A DNA stretch of 61,011 bases, counting the filler, from Basidioascus undulatus (lineage: Eukaryota): NCBI GenBank assembly GCA_000826855.1. It is 5 parts of 5 records of this genome, joined end to end, with 100 filler letters (N's around TTAATTAATTAA, not from the genome) between each part and the next. Parts side by side here need not be neighbours in the genome. Positions count along the whole stretch, not along the records: positions 1 to 28,615 come from JTLS01000145.1; 4 more parts are not named here. One strand, 5' to 3'. Of the stretch, positions 12,030-25,440 are shown one piece after another (within the stretch, counting starts at the first letter, position 1; each line of letters begins with the position of its first letter). The position numbers and the translations under genes are program-made. The notes beneath the pieces were generated by a model. The model was not told the DNA's origin. It saw only the letters and a list, made by a program, of their open reading frames with translations, and searched no databases.

Positions 12030-13137
12030 GGACGGTGGTGGACTCCTTGGGAGAAGGGATTCGCAGCAGTGATGGATGAGGTCGTGTCTGACTTCTGTCC
12101 CAGTTCTTTATACCTGAGTTTCAAGGCATCTGCGCAGATTCGTTGTCCAGCCGACCTCTGCCCGATGGCAGGCTTCCGTTCAGGTGATCAGCGCCTGCAC
12201 GCTCTGATCGCGAGATCGGCTATCAATGGAGGCACGGTGGGGGTGATAAGATAGAGAATCATGCGCAGTCGCATGGAAAGGGTGAAAAGAAACAGAGGTG
12301 GGTAGGTGTAGAAAGCGAAGCGACGGGCCAGTTCTCCCGCTCTGAGTGGGTAAATCAAAGTCTTGGCGGTGTGTAGGAGGAGCCAGATGTCTTAGCATCG
12401 CCTGCGTCCAATGGCACAACCACGTCGGCTAGGTCGGCAAAGGTCAAGAGCCCGCGATCAAGCAGCGCCAGGTCAACACCCTCGGAACTCGCCAGCGCCA
12501 ACGTCGCCCTGGAGCTTGGTAGGAAGATCGGTGAAGGCGTCAGCGTCGCGCCGTATCCTGTAAAGCCTGGAGAGACAGTTGAGCTCCCATACTGGATTTT
12601 GCTCTCCTTTGACCCTGATCTGGTTTGAGACCGACGGTATCTTTCTGGGCTATGTAACGATGTACTCAAATGTTCTGATTGATTGACCCGCCGTGCTGCT
12701 GTGCTTCTTTGGATGTGGCTGTCTTGCTGCAACTCTCTCTTCATTGAATTGGCTTTATTTTTAGTTACGATTGATCCGAATTCGTCCTGAATACATAAGT
12801 GTTCGAGCAGTCTGGAGTTAACCGCCATCTCGAACGAGCGGATGCCGGGGTCTGACCTTCGCAGAAGCGCTGGCCTTACCAAAGCAAAGTAGCTGAGGTC
12901 CATGGGGTCTCCCGCAAGGTCGTTTATGAGACCATGTATCGCCGTTACAGCTCCTGCTTCTGAAGGTACAACATTGAGGCTTTCACGCGGGACTGCGCGC
13001 TGCAAAGAAATGCCTTTCGGCTTGGACGCGCTCGCCCTTTCGGCCCTGAACGCGACCTCTCGCCGGACGCGGCGTACACTTGGCTCATCACCACTTTACG
13101 AAATTGTCTTTATCCCGTTCTTTGCTTTGAGTCCACG

Positions 13138-16100
13138 ATGCCGCCTCGAGGAGGGTACGTATAATTTGCACTGGTGTAGAAGCGCCGGCATGCTGAATAT
13201 GGCGGCCTCGGTGCAGGTACGGCCTCATCGACAGCGACTCCGAGTCGGATCGGTCCTCCTCTCCCCCACCCTCCCCCACCCGGCGCAACCGACGGGCACC
13301 TTCCCCAGCTGGATCGGTTTCCTCGGACCTCACCTACACTACCACCGACAGCACCCTGGGTAGGGCCGCTGAGCATGCTCCCCCGACTGCGTCGCTGTCA
13401 GACATCGAGGACGAGGACGAGGAGATGGGCGTGCCCGCGTACTCGGACGAGGAGCCAGAGCGCGCCCTCCCTGCGCGCCGCAGCGTCAGTCTCTCTATGG
13501 ACGACCTCGCGGGTTGGGTGGACAGGCCGCGCGGCGTCAACGAGCCGTGGGCGGCGACGCTCAAGCTCGAGCCGAGCAGGGTGCAGGTCATGCAGGCGTC
13601 CCTGTTCCACTCGGGAGCGCCGCGGCCTGCGGAACCTCAGCCTATCCCTCTCGCCAAAGAGGCGGCTACCCGCTTTGGCAGCTTCCTAGGGTCGGACCGG
13701 GCCCCTACCCCGAAGCGCACTCTGCCTTCGTCGCTGCCAAGCGAAGGCGTTCCGGCAGTCGAGGTGCGTCCATCATCTCAACTCGCTGCGTGGTTGCTGG
13801 AAGCTGACGATGAGGCGGGCATACTGCAGAACCGCTCGTCCTTCGCCAACGACCTCGACTCCCAAGGAGCCCTTTTCCGCCCTACGCGCAAGTTCGCTCG
13901 CGTCGATCCCGAGCAGTCGCTGGCGCGGGGGAAGGAGCACCTCGCTGTCGACGCTGGGCTCGCGCTGGGAAGGTCGTTCCGCGTGAGCTGGGGGCCTGGG
14001 GGGCAGCTGGTGCATTTGGGGAAGCTTGGCGGGGTTTCGGCGTCGGGGTGAGTTCTCTTTCCGAGGCGCAGTGGTTGGATAGGCGGGGCTGATGGGGCGG
14101 TTATTGCAGAGCGGCTGGCGACTCGCCTACAGTGGTCAAGATCGAGACTATTGATGCCCTGGCTCGCGATGATGTACGTATCTTTAATGTTTCGGAGCTT
14201 TACCCAGCTTGTACTGAACTTGCAGGTCAGACCAAGGAAGCTGCCGATGCCAAGCGCCTTCTCGAGCTGCAGCTTGCCGAGACCGAGATCAAAATCGACG
14301 AAGGCGACGGTGTCCCCGTCGCTTTCACTTCCCTCCACCTCCGTTTCCGCGACTTCGCAGCCGCCTTCGCCTCCGACGACACCTCCCACGAAGCCTCCCT
14401 CTGGCGCCTCGCCTCCGCGCTCTTTGACGAGATCGACCTTCGCCTTCCTGACTCCGCACCGGACGACCTCCGCCAACGCGTCGAGTCGCTTCGGCGCAAG
14501 AAGGCCCTCTCCGACTGGCTCGAGTCCACCGTTTCCCCCTCCGTCGAAGCCGACACCCGCGCCGAGACGACCTCCACTTCCCCCAAACCCGGCTCCGCAG
14601 CGGTCGTCTTCGCGCTGCTCTCGGGCCACCAGATCTCGCGTGCCTGCGACGTCGCGCTGGAAGCGGGCGACGTGCGACTTGCGACGCTGCTGTCGCAACT
14701 TCCCGGCGACGAGGAGTTCCGTGCAGACGTGATGCAGCAGCTCGACACGTGGCGCGAGCACCGCGTCGATGCGCATATTGCGCCCGAGTACCGCCGCGTC
14801 TACGCGCTCCTCAGCGGGAACCCGGACGTGCTGCGGGGCACGAGCGCGCAGGACGCCGTCGACCGCGCGCCCGAGATCAAGGTCTCCGAGGGCCTCGACT
14901 GGAAGCGCGCGTTCGGCCTCCGCCTCTGGCACGGCATCTTTGAGGACTCGCCCCTCACGTCCGCGCTCAGGCAGTACGACCGCGCGCTCGCGGAACCCGA
15001 CAACGCCGTCGCGCCCCCCAAGCCGTGGTACCTCGAGACGCCGGCGCTCGCGGCGGACGCGCGCAAGTGGAGGCTCCCCGAGGTCGAGACCGCCACGGAC
15101 GCGCTCTACGAGCTCATCAAGCTCTACGCGGACCCGACGCATGCGCTCGAGGCCGCACTCGCGCCGACCGGCTTCGGGCCCAGCCCCCAAGACTTCCGCC
15201 TCCCCTGGCACCTGTACAATATGCTCTCGCGCGTGCTGCAGAAGCGCGACTTCGGGGACCGCCTAGACCTGGGCATCGAGCGGCTGCAGGGAGAGGGCGA
15301 GGACGGGGACGAGGTCGAGGGCAACAGCCCGAGGGCGGACGCGGTTGTGGCTGGGTATGCGCGGCAGCTCGAGGCGCTTGGCTTGGAGGAGTGGGCCGCG
15401 TTCGTTCTGCTGCATTTGGAGTTCTCAGAGAGGTGCGTTGTGTCGCTTTTCCGTCACGAGCAGGAAGGGAGACTGACGCAGGCGGGTTACAGCCGAGAAC
15501 GTGCGATCAAGGAGCTGCTTTCGCGCAACATCGCCCGCATTACGGAGGAGAAGGATCGTTTCTTGGTGGAAAAACTGTCGATTCCGCGCACTTGGCTCGC
15601 AGAGGCGAAGGTGGGCACCTTATTTGAGGATGGAGTCTATCTTCCGAACCTCAACTGACGAGACCCTTCCCCGCACAGGCGACGCTCGCGCGGTACAAGG
15701 GCACCGTCTACGCCGAGTACAAGCTCCTGCTCGACGCCGAGCTGTGGTCCGACGCCCACCGCATCGCTGTCCGGAAACTCGCGCCCGAGGCGGTCGTGCG
15801 CGAGGACTTTGGCTTGTTACGGCGCTTGCTCGCCCCGTTTTTGGAACACGACGTGGAGGGATGGGCAACGGGTGGAAAGGTGTGCTCCAATTTGAACCTC
15901 CTCTTTCACGGCAGACCGCTCACATCTCGCACCGGCACTGCAGCTGTTCCTCGACTACGCCGACGCTAAAGAAAAGATCCCCGCCCTGCTCGCCTCGACC
16001 GCCGCGGCAGCCGAGCCGGACGCGTCCGAGTTGTCCGCGCTCAACGCCCTCGCGCGCAAGCTCCCCATCCTCATCAAGCTCCTCCCCGACGCGTTTCCCG

Positions 16101-16321
16101 ACCACGAGACGGACGTCCGGAGCGCCGTCGCGCTCAGCGAGATGCTCGCCAGCCTGATGAACCTCCAGCGCGCGCTGCGCGACCTCGACGGCGCTGGCGG
16201 AGGGGCCGGCCGCGGCGATGTGCTCCCCGGGAGCAAATTGATGCAGGAGGGTGACCGGCTAGGGCTGCTGCAGGCGGAGGCCGCGGCGGTGTTTGGGGCG
16301 AGTCTGGGCGCCGCAGCTTGA
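13138..16321 (+). CDS. NUP96: Nucleoporin Nup96 (Nup145C-type), encoded without the Nup98 moiety; ~8 exons
   Basis: Exon 1 13138-13154 splices over a GT-AG intron (13155-13216) to give MPPRGGYGLIDSDSESD.., in frame with ORF 13425. DAGLALGRSFRVSWGPGG, LWRLASALFD, GLDWKRAFGLRLW, DFRLPWHL and WAAFVLLHL are Nup96-domain motifs. Confidence 0.92.
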
Positions 16322-16883
16322 TGGATTACTCGATGGCTCGCATTACTCTAACATGGCTGCATGATTGGTTTGGAAGGCTGTTGCAACGCATCGCGCTACA
16401 GGCGCTGTCAATCTTTCGAGGGTGGTGCAAATAGCTCGCCGACTGATCGTGTATGGATTGGGGACATGTTGTATTCGCGCCGGAGCGGCTATGTCGTGGA
16501 ACAAAATCTGGTATCCTCCCATGCTGGACGTGACTCGGCGACGGCCGACTTCCGCGAGACAAAGTAGTGCAAGGGCTCTGGTGTGCAGTCCGAACCGCGG
16601 GTGCGACCGAGCGGGCCGAAGAGCTTGGTGCAGTTGCTGACGATGTGTATTGTATCGCTACAACGGTGGAGGTCGGGAGCAAATTCTTTCGATAGCACGC
16701 GATCAGGTGAGGAAATATGGCGTGCAGAACGTAATGCTTGCGTGCTCGACAATGCTCACTGACTCACGACCGGACAAGCTCATGGCCATAAAAAGTCGGG
16801 GATGTGGGTCAACAACTCCCAAGATCTTTCTTCGTATATTCTCCCATTCTGACTTACACTTCTCTGATTATCTCGCTGCTACC

Positions 16884-17625
16884 ATGCTCCTCGCCGTTGC
16901 CCGCCGCTCGCTGTCGAACGCAGGCCGTTTTTCCCGCAACCGCACTTCGGATGCGTCGCGCTTGACGGAGGTCATCGCGTCCCGATCCGCCGTAGGCTTC
17001 AGGCCCATTTCGACCATCGAGGTCAAGCACACCAGCAAAGCCATCGCTCAAGGAGTGTTTCAGAAGGTCTGGAGCGAAGACGGTAAGGACTGCTGAAAAT
17101 TTGCGGGCAGCCTTCCGGTCGCTTTGCATCTAACAGAACTTATTGATTTGTCCCTCAGGCGGCATCAAACATCACATGCATATCCCCGCGTTCATAGGCG
17201 GCGGACCCATCGACCCCACCAAGACCGACGAGACGGACCCGGAGACTTTCCTCGCGAGCGCGCTTGCTGCATGCTTTACTTGGGCGCTGGGTGCAGCTGC
17301 CCGAAAGGAAGGCAAGACGCTCCCAAAAGATGTTCGCGTTGCTGCTCGTGAGTTCAAGCTTCCTCGTGATCTTGCCGCAGCATACCTCGTCTGACCAGAC
17401 TTCCTTGCTGTGTGTGCAACTGCTGACACCCACATCGGGCCCTCGACCTCGAACCCGGCGGTGCTTCGTCTGGCGGCCTCCCTCGAAGTTTCCATCCCCG
17501 GCTGGGCCCTCGCCGACATCGAGAAGCTGAGTCACGAGGCACACCGGCTTTGCCCTTTTTCTAGCCTGGTGGAGCAAGGTGCTGAGTTGGAGACGAAGGT
17601 TGTCGAGAGGGTGGCGGACTTCTGA
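16884..17625 (+). CDS. Ohr/OsmC-family organic hydroperoxide reductase with predicted mitochondrial presequence, 3 exons
   Basis: Arg/Ser-rich N-terminus MLLAVARRSLS..; DPETFLASALAACF (peroxidatic Cys) and EAHRLCPFS (resolving Cys). Introns ~17083-17158 and 17348-17398 keep the frame. Confidence 0.85.
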
Positions 17626-19954
17626 GGACATGGGGAATGAGACGAACTTGCGTGTTTTAATGGCATGGCTCTTTAACATATTTTCGGACGGGCAGCGTCG
17701 GTGCGATCGGTACATTGAGAACTCCCATCGCTTTGTATCGAGCACAGGGTTTCGATTGAGACTGGTATGCAAAGCAGTTCAGCTTCAACCGGGGGGGCGG
17801 CCTTGACACCTATAAACGCGAGGCATAGCAGTAATCCGTATTCAATCCAAGAAAAGAAAAGAAAATTAAGGTCGAGCATCAAGACAATCGCAATTCAACC
17901 GACTGTCCTCTCGTTCCAACTCGTGGGTGCAGCGGACACGCCTTACAAACACGGTGCGTAAAAGACCAGCTTCCATGAATTTCAGCACAGGAGAACACGT
18001 TCCCATACAAGTATAAATAAACGTAGCGCCATTGCCCGGAGACGGACAGAGAATTCATATCGTGCGCCAGAGCCCGGTAAATGAGGACCAATGCACCCTT
18101 TAGTCGATGCGGGCTGCAATGAAGTCTATAACATTGAAACCGCTGTAAGGAATAAAAGCTTCCGTCCGTCAAACCTGAGAGGCGCTGAATCTTAGAAGAC
18201 ATGAAAGAGACTCGCTTAAGGCAGACAGGGTCGCCGTCGTGGCAGAAGTAGTGGAACGGGATCGATGGTTTGGAGGTGCTTGTGTCTCGCGTGTAAGACT
18301 TTCAAGTAGTGGCCGTCATGCAGCTGCAGTGGCGTCTCCGGAGTTTGGGTGTGTAGCATTCGATGTTTGGCATACGAAGGCTAGCATCAACCGCCTGTTT
18401 CTTCCAACAAAATTACGTACATACTCGTTGTTTCAGAACTTGGACCTGTTCCAGCGGGATAGACATAGCACCTCAAGGGGAGGTACGAGCGGTCTGCACA
18501 GCAATCGACAAATAGACGGAAACCGTGCACGAGATGTAATGTGAGACCAACTGTTTGAGAAGTATTTAAGAAGTTTGACGAGGTCAATCCGGAATCTAGG
18601 ATGTCTGAGTGGCCTCAACCGAGCTCCTCACCGCAATCGACACGCACACTCACCATCTTCCCTCCCCTCCGTCATCCTCCCCTCGCTCCCTCCCTCAAAT
18701 GCATCCGAGCCCCACACTACCTAAAAAGCATGCATTATATCTCATACAATTCCCCGTCAAGCGGGTACGCAGGGTTTTAGGGAGAGCCGTCAACATGACA
18801 CGCAGTGGGCCAGCGCGTGGTGTGGAGGAGGTGCACTGTGGGACCATCCTTCACGGAGGGATACGACACCTGGATCACCCTTATAGGGCGGGATCTAGGC
18901 AAGGATCACGGCTCTGCTCCGCCCCAGGCTCATGCGCCCGCGCTGGCCCGCCTTGCCGTCCACCACTCACCGGAAACCGCAGAAAAAGAAAGAAGAGGGG
19001 GGCGGGGGAGCTCGATTGGAGCTCATACATGGGAATACGAAGGGCAGAAGGCGAAAGGGGGAGACCGAGCCAGCCGAGAGATGGTGATGGTCGGTGGCAA
19101 AGCGCGGCGGCGGCTGTGACGGTGAAAGGCAGTGGCCTCTTGATGGCGCCGGTGCGCGGCAACATCGCTCACTGCCGCAGACTTTGGTCCGCTTGAGCAA
19201 GTCAACGTTGAACAAGGGTAGGTGGATCAGAGTCCTCAGAAAACCTGTAAGAGGTACACCGTAGCAGGATCGGCGAAGGCTAGCCCTTGCGACACCGCGC
19301 TGGCCTGGCACAGCACGGAAGACGGGAGGGCAAAAAGTATTGTTCGGCGTCGCTCCTCCTGCAGGCCGTTACCAAGGCATCCATCATCCACCATTCTCTG
19401 TGCTGTGAATATTTTCTTCACCAAAAGATGCGGGAAAAGAGTACCTGCAGGACAGCCGCTTCGTGTCAAGCTGCCGCACCCTCGCCCTTGCCTTGAACTC
19501 GTACTGTCACCTCAACACTGAGAGGAAACAGATGTTGCAGAGTAACGTCCCGTATCGAACAAACAGATGCAGCTGCCAGAGCGCTGCTCCTGTTCGATTT
19601 CACTCAGCCGTCGTGGGGACTATCTGCTGCTGACGAGCCGCAACCGTGCTGGCCTTAGGCATTCGAACACCCTGCCGGCGACGCTGAGTTGAGGGAAGAC
19701 GAGTCTTTCGGCACACGGGCCCGAAAGAAACATTGCAGACCTGGACAGGACGCTAGCCTCGAAGCGCACAGTCGCTGTTGTCCTTGCAAACAGTCTGGTC
19801 ATCCAAGCAACGCGCGTGCACATCCCAAACGCCCGATCAAGCAACACCAAGGCAAAGCAAGGTATGATATATAATCAGGCGCAATGGGTATATGTTATCC
19901 TCTCCGCCTCCACTCAACCCTCTCTCACCCCTCCCCACACACGTTCCCCGCGTG

Positions 19955-22244
19955 CTATTGCTGCGGCATCTTGGGATCCTCAAACGCGACCTCATCGATC
20001 CTCTCAAAGTCGATCAGTCGTCCCTCCGCGCCGCCCGGCCGGCCCGGCCCAGGCGGGGCGCCCTCGCCGCTCATCCACTCCCGCTCAAGCTCCCAGAGGT
20101 CCTCGCTCCTTGCCCTGCGCGCCGGGTCACGCACGAGCAAACGCCCGACGACCGCGCGGACGCCTGGCGTGGCAAGCGGATGTCCCGTAGCGTCATCCCA
20201 CGAGTACTCGGCCTTCGCAATGCGCATGAGCAGCGTGCGGCGCGCGCGCCGCGCGTGGTCCTCCCTCCGCAGGCCGACGGACGCGTCCTCGGGCGCGAGG
20301 AACGGAAGCCCGCTCGTCGCGAGCGCGAAGAGGACGACGCCGAGGGCCCAGTCGTCCGTCTGTCGCCCGTCGTACGCCCGCCCCATGATCAGCTCCGGCG
20401 CGGCGTACTCCTCCGACCCGCAGCGCGTCAGGAGGAGCGGCGACGCTGGCGGCTGCGGGAGGAAGCGCGAGAGCCCAAAGTCGGTGAGCTTGATTGCGGG
20501 GGTGTGCAGCGCGGGTACCTGCGGCGCGCAGGACGCCGTGGGAAAGGGGTTGGTGGTGAGGATCAGGTCTGTCAGTGGGGATGGAGGCGTCAGTACGCGC
20601 AAGAGGAGATGGAGCCGGGGGGAAGGGAGGGGAGACACGCACTTTCGAGCTTGATATCCCGATGGACGATCCCCGCGCTGTGCATCCACACGATCGCCCC
20701 CGCCAGCTCGCAGAAGATGCGGCGGACAAAGGGCTCGGTGAAGCGCGCGTGGCGCTCCATGAGGTGGTCGAAGAGCTCGCCGCCCGCGAGGTACTCGAGG
20801 ACGAGGCAGTGATGGGAGCGCGTCGAGAAGGACATGAAGAGATGACCTATTGAGGGATGGTGAATGTGCTGTTATCCCAAAATCAATGTCAGGATACGAG
20901 ATGGATGCTGAGATGAAAGCGAAACGACACGGCACTACGCACGCGTAGAACCTCCACCTCCCGCACATAGCTGATCCCCATCCGCTCGTCCTTCTCGCAC
21001 TGTGCGCGATCCATCACCTTGATGGCAACAAGCCGTCCCGGCTCGGGCGCCTCCTCCTCCTCCTCCTCCTCCTGGGGTGTAGCGAGCGGTGTGACCGCCG
21101 GATGCGCCTTGCCTGGCGCGCAGCCCAGCGCGGCGGGACTGTGCTTGGACGCGCTGCGTTTCCGGCCGACGGACGAGCGCAGAGCGCCCTGCTCGTCCAC
21201 CGCCAGGACGACGGAGGCGAACGCGCCGTGCCCGAGCGTGCGGACGATCTTGAGGCCGAGCTTTCCGACTCGCGAGCCGGGCGGGAGGGCGCCCCCGCCG
21301 CCTGGCTCCAGGTCGGGCCCCGGCTCGGCGGGGCGTTCGCGCAGGCGGTCGGATGGTCTGGGGGCGGACGCAGAGGCGGAGGAGGTGGACGAGGAGGAAT
21401 AGGAGAATGCGGAGGTCTGGGGCATGGTTGGGCGGCGGTCGATGGGTGCTGGGGGGATGGCGAGGCCGGAGGGGGAGGTGGAGATGAGGAGCGAGTCGGG
21501 CGAGCCGGAGCGGGCGTGCCCGGGCGCGAGGGAGAGGGAGAAGCCAGAGGAAGGGGAGGGCGGGGAGGGCGGGGAAGTGGGCGAGGCCGTCGCAGGAGCT
21601 GCTGCGCCGGGTTGCGATGGGGGCTGGCGCTCCTGGGGGAGGAGTGCCGATCGCGCTTGTCGGTCTGCCTCCGCGCGCAGAAGAGGACTGCTAGAACCGG
21701 ACGGCTCGGCGCCGTTCTCGCTCCATCCTCTCCGATGATCCATCGGCGTGCTCACCGATCTCCTCCCGCTCCCACCAACCCCAGTCGTACTCAAGCTCCC
21801 GGCCGAACTGGTCGAAGGCAGGCCCGTCACCCCTGCGCTGCCTGCTCCTCCCACGCCGAGCGAGTTCCACCCGGGCTGGCGCTGCGGGGGGAGGCCCGAG
21901 ACGCGGGGCTTGACGAGCGGGGGCGGCGGGGTGGGCGCGGACGCCTTGTAGCTGGAGGCGAAGAAGTCATTCGTGCGCGAGCCGGGGGACGCGATCGTAT
22001 GCGGGTAGGGCGCGTGCGGCTGGACGGGCGTCGGGAGGGGCATCATCCCGCGCGGGTCGACGTCTTCCCACGAGCGCGAGCCGCCGGAGCCTGCGCGCGA
22101 GCGGGACGAGGGCGTGGAGATGGTGGAGGAGGCGGGGGAGGGCGTCCGGTGCGGGTGCGGGTGCGCAGAGGAGGAGGAGGAGCAGGCGGTGGTGTCGAGT
22201 TTGAGGCGGAGGCGGAGGTGGGGCTCGGGTAGTGGATCGGGCAT
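19955..22244 (-). CDS. Ser/Thr protein kinase (CAMK group, Prr1-like) with long low-complexity N-terminus
   Basis: LGHGAFASV, VAIKVM, REVEVL, LEYLAGGELFD, IVHRDIKLE(N), KLTDFGLSR, TRCGSEEYAAPE, DDWALGVVLF; two introns. Confidence 0.93.
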
Positions 22245-24150
22245 CTAGCGGAGTACGGCGCTGTTCAGTCAGCGCTGCCACAGCCGTAGACGCGTGGTCG
22301 TGCTAGGGGCTCGCACTGCCATGTCCACGACTAGGCTGCGCATGCGGGTGTCGTGAGGCAACCGGGAGGACCAAAGTTCGACGAGAGAACGCGTTCCTCC
22401 GCCTCGCTCAGCAGCAACACAGCGCAGCAGTAACAGGAGCCCTTGTGCGTCCACAATCCACCGCAGCACCTCGCTCAACCCATCCAGCTCGCAGCTCACC
22501 TTGGCAATCTCGTTCAGTGCGCAGGAGCGGGGAAAGGAAGGTGCGGAGGACGAGCGAGGCGATAAGAGACTTGTGCTGGCCGGGTGCAGAGGCAAGGTGG
22601 AAGAATCTGATCAGCGATCCGGCGCGACGGCGGCGGCTCTCCCGGCGAGTGGGCCGGCGGTGCGGTGCTGCTGATGTGGACAAAGAGAGCGGAAAAGCAG
22701 TGCGCAGCGTGCTAGTCTGCAGTCTGCCCGACTAGATGTGAAAGCGTGCACGGCGAGGAGCTGCGGGCACCAACGGAGACGCGTAGTTTGCACGCAAGGC
22801 TGATCCCATGTACTGCCTAGCGCGTGTACGTGCGTGCGCACGTCCGTCCCACCCTGCCGCGTGCCATTCCCATTCTTTTGCTCGACACCTTCGCAGCTAA
22901 GCGAGGACGTACCACACCTGGAAGACAGAGAGCAGCACCAGGGGCCAGAGATTGCAGGTGAGAGGGAGGTGAGGCGCAGAGGGGGAAGAAAGGAAGGCGG
23001 CGGCGATATATCGCTCTCATCGCGTCGTGGTAAGTACCGTCATTATCTCCATCTTGTTGCCTGCTGCTGAACAGCTCACTCGTGGAACAGCATCGCCGTT
23101 GTGGGTCTGCATCAGATTACTCAGTGAGCATAATCTCTTTGAGTTCCACTGAACCATTGGAATATTAAGACACGCTGAACTCCCCATACGCGTACTAGGA
23201 AATTCGAGGAGGACGGCACGTCGACTGCCTTCAGCAAGAACGCAGGCTTTGGTGTTGGGCACAAATCACTGGCTTGAAGCAGCAAAAGTTAAAAAAAGGC
23301 ATTTTGTAATAGGCTGGCTCTCATTCAGAAAGAAACAGTGCAGTGCTTATCGTCATTTTGCCATCCCCGTATGGGAAGCATGCCTCTGCGAACTAGATGA
23401 CACAGTACATGAACTAGTGCTCGACCTTGACATGATTCTCCTCGTTAGTTTCAGGCCGAAGCTGATAATGCGTGCTCGAGCACAATACCAATTGCGTTCG
23501 CGTCGCTACGCCTGGCAGTCCTTCCCGTCCGGTCTTCTTCAGTTTCAGCGCAAAGCAACGATTTACAAAGCACGGGGCTTATTCTCGATATCTTATTCTG
23601 ACAAGAGCACATGTCTCTGTAGGACTATTTCCCCTGAAGCGTTGGGTGCCGGTCGCAGCAGCTGGGCCGGCCGAGCATTCACAGCTGTGCAACGCCAGCT
23701 CGGCAACGAGTGCAACGCAGCGCCCGTCTGCGACTTCTGCTCCTCGTAAAGGTATCGCGCTTATTCCGTGTGTACTTATACTTTGATCCAAATCAATTTA
23801 CCGGTGCAACTTCAGACTCCAGAGCTTTTTTCCGAGTGCCAGAGACTTGACAAACCGCGGAGAAATCTGGTGGTGTCTCGCTGACACTAGCCCTGCTGTT
23901 GTCGTCCTTACCCGACCGCCGGTGCGGTTCAATGGCCTCCTGTTTTTCGGGAGTGAAAGTCGTTTATTAATGGCTACTATGACGAGCAAGGGTGCATTCC
24001 TTATGGCGCAACGCCAAGCGCGCTCATCCTGGCTACCCTCCTTGTCTACTACGTCTCTCTCCCACATCCCTTCCTCTTCCCATTGAATTACAGAAACTCT
24101 CTTATACTCTCTTTCGCCGCATCTACCCTCACGCTTACCCCCAAGGCATT

Positions 24151-25440
24151 GATGCCTGCCGTAAACATCTCTGCCCCCTCCCCCCCCCATAGGCGGCGCA
24201 CTCTTACGCTCGCCTCAATCAACAACGCCACCACGCTTTCCAGCCCGGGCACCAGTAAGATCGTCTCTGTCTCGATATACAGCTAGGGGGCCTCTTGAAT
24301 TTTCGAAATACGTTGCGTCTAACATGCCGCGCCTGGTTACGGTGATTGCGCTGCCTCTCCTTTTGCTCGCGTTCGCGGGTGCTTTCGGACACGGCAAAGA
24401 TGCGGCAGCTAGGAGCAAGCTGGTGAGCATCGTTGTTTAATGCCCTCCCAATGCTCATGATAGCTCTAATGTATTATGAGCATTAGGCTCGCCTCATCAA
24501 GATAGTCGAGCGGTACATGGACAAGCGAGGCTGGACGCAAAGGAAGACTAAGGCGGGCTTCAGGATCAGCATGGCAGGAGTTATGTTCTTTCCAAATCTC
24601 GGTTCTACCAGCTCGTACCTTGGCCGAGCACGCTCTTAATTGACAGAATGCCTCTTCGCTGCTCTCCACCTCGTCGTTCTCGTCATGCTCGTGCTAGGCA
24701 CCGCGAGCGGACTCGTCAACTTGCAAACAGAACTCGGTCATTCTATCGTCTTCGGGCTCGCTTGCGTCCTATTCTCAACGATGGGTAAGCAGTAAACGAA
24801 ACACCTCAGATATGTCTGCGACTTTATCATCCCCTCCATTCTCCACTTGTCAGTCCACCTCGCTCAATACCCAGCACGCCCCTCACATTCCGAAACGGTC
24901 GCTGGGAGAAGGATGCAGCTGGCGATGACACCTTTTCAAGCGCTCTCGGCCATGTGAGTGGGCATGTTTGAATTCATCCCGCCACTTTCCTATGTCTCAG
25001 TCGGTGCTGTTGTTGGTATTCGAACGCAGGGCTGACACTTGCCTGTCGTGATAGGTACTGGCACCGACCGTGATGGGGATAATATGCATCGCCTTCATGT
25101 TGGAACCATTCTGGACAGTACATCTCCCTATGATGTCGTGGCATGTCAGTCGTTCTCAGCCTCTTTCGAAATCTGGTCCCTCTTATTGTCGTCGCAAACC
25201 ATCACAGGACGCTGTACACCGCCACTGTGGGCTTCGCATGCGTGGCTGCCGCCCTCCGTAAGTTTCCGGGTGATGGTCGGGAGAGCTCATGTATTCATCT
25301 TATTTAATATCTTGCTCCCTCCCAGGCAAATCTGGAGTCAGGACAACTCGGCTCACGCGCGCCGTCGGGGGCATCTTGCTCATCTCGCCGCTGGCAGCCT
25401 ACGCCGCTCTCCTCCTGCCCACCGAAATCGGGCCTCATGA
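24151..25440 (+). pseudogene. Multi-pass membrane protein of unknown family, probably disrupted
   Basis: Several intron-bounded hydrophobic exons (RLVTVIALPLLLLAFAGAF; LHLVVLVMLVLG..IVFGLACVLFS; MGIICIAFML; GGILLISPLAAYAALLL). In-frame TAG at 24484-24486 and an apparent frameshift near 25140. Confidence 0.45.

Noticed and set aside
13778..15211. 477-aa antisense ORF over Nup96 (similar ones over Sec23, the kinase and the membrane protein)
   Set aside because: Expected shadow of high-GC3 coding sequence; no recognisable motifs.
7247..17625. Catalase plus Ohr as an oxidative-stress cluster
   Set aside because: They are separated by an unrelated pseudogene and Nup96, and I see no shared regulatory signal; adjacency is probably chance.
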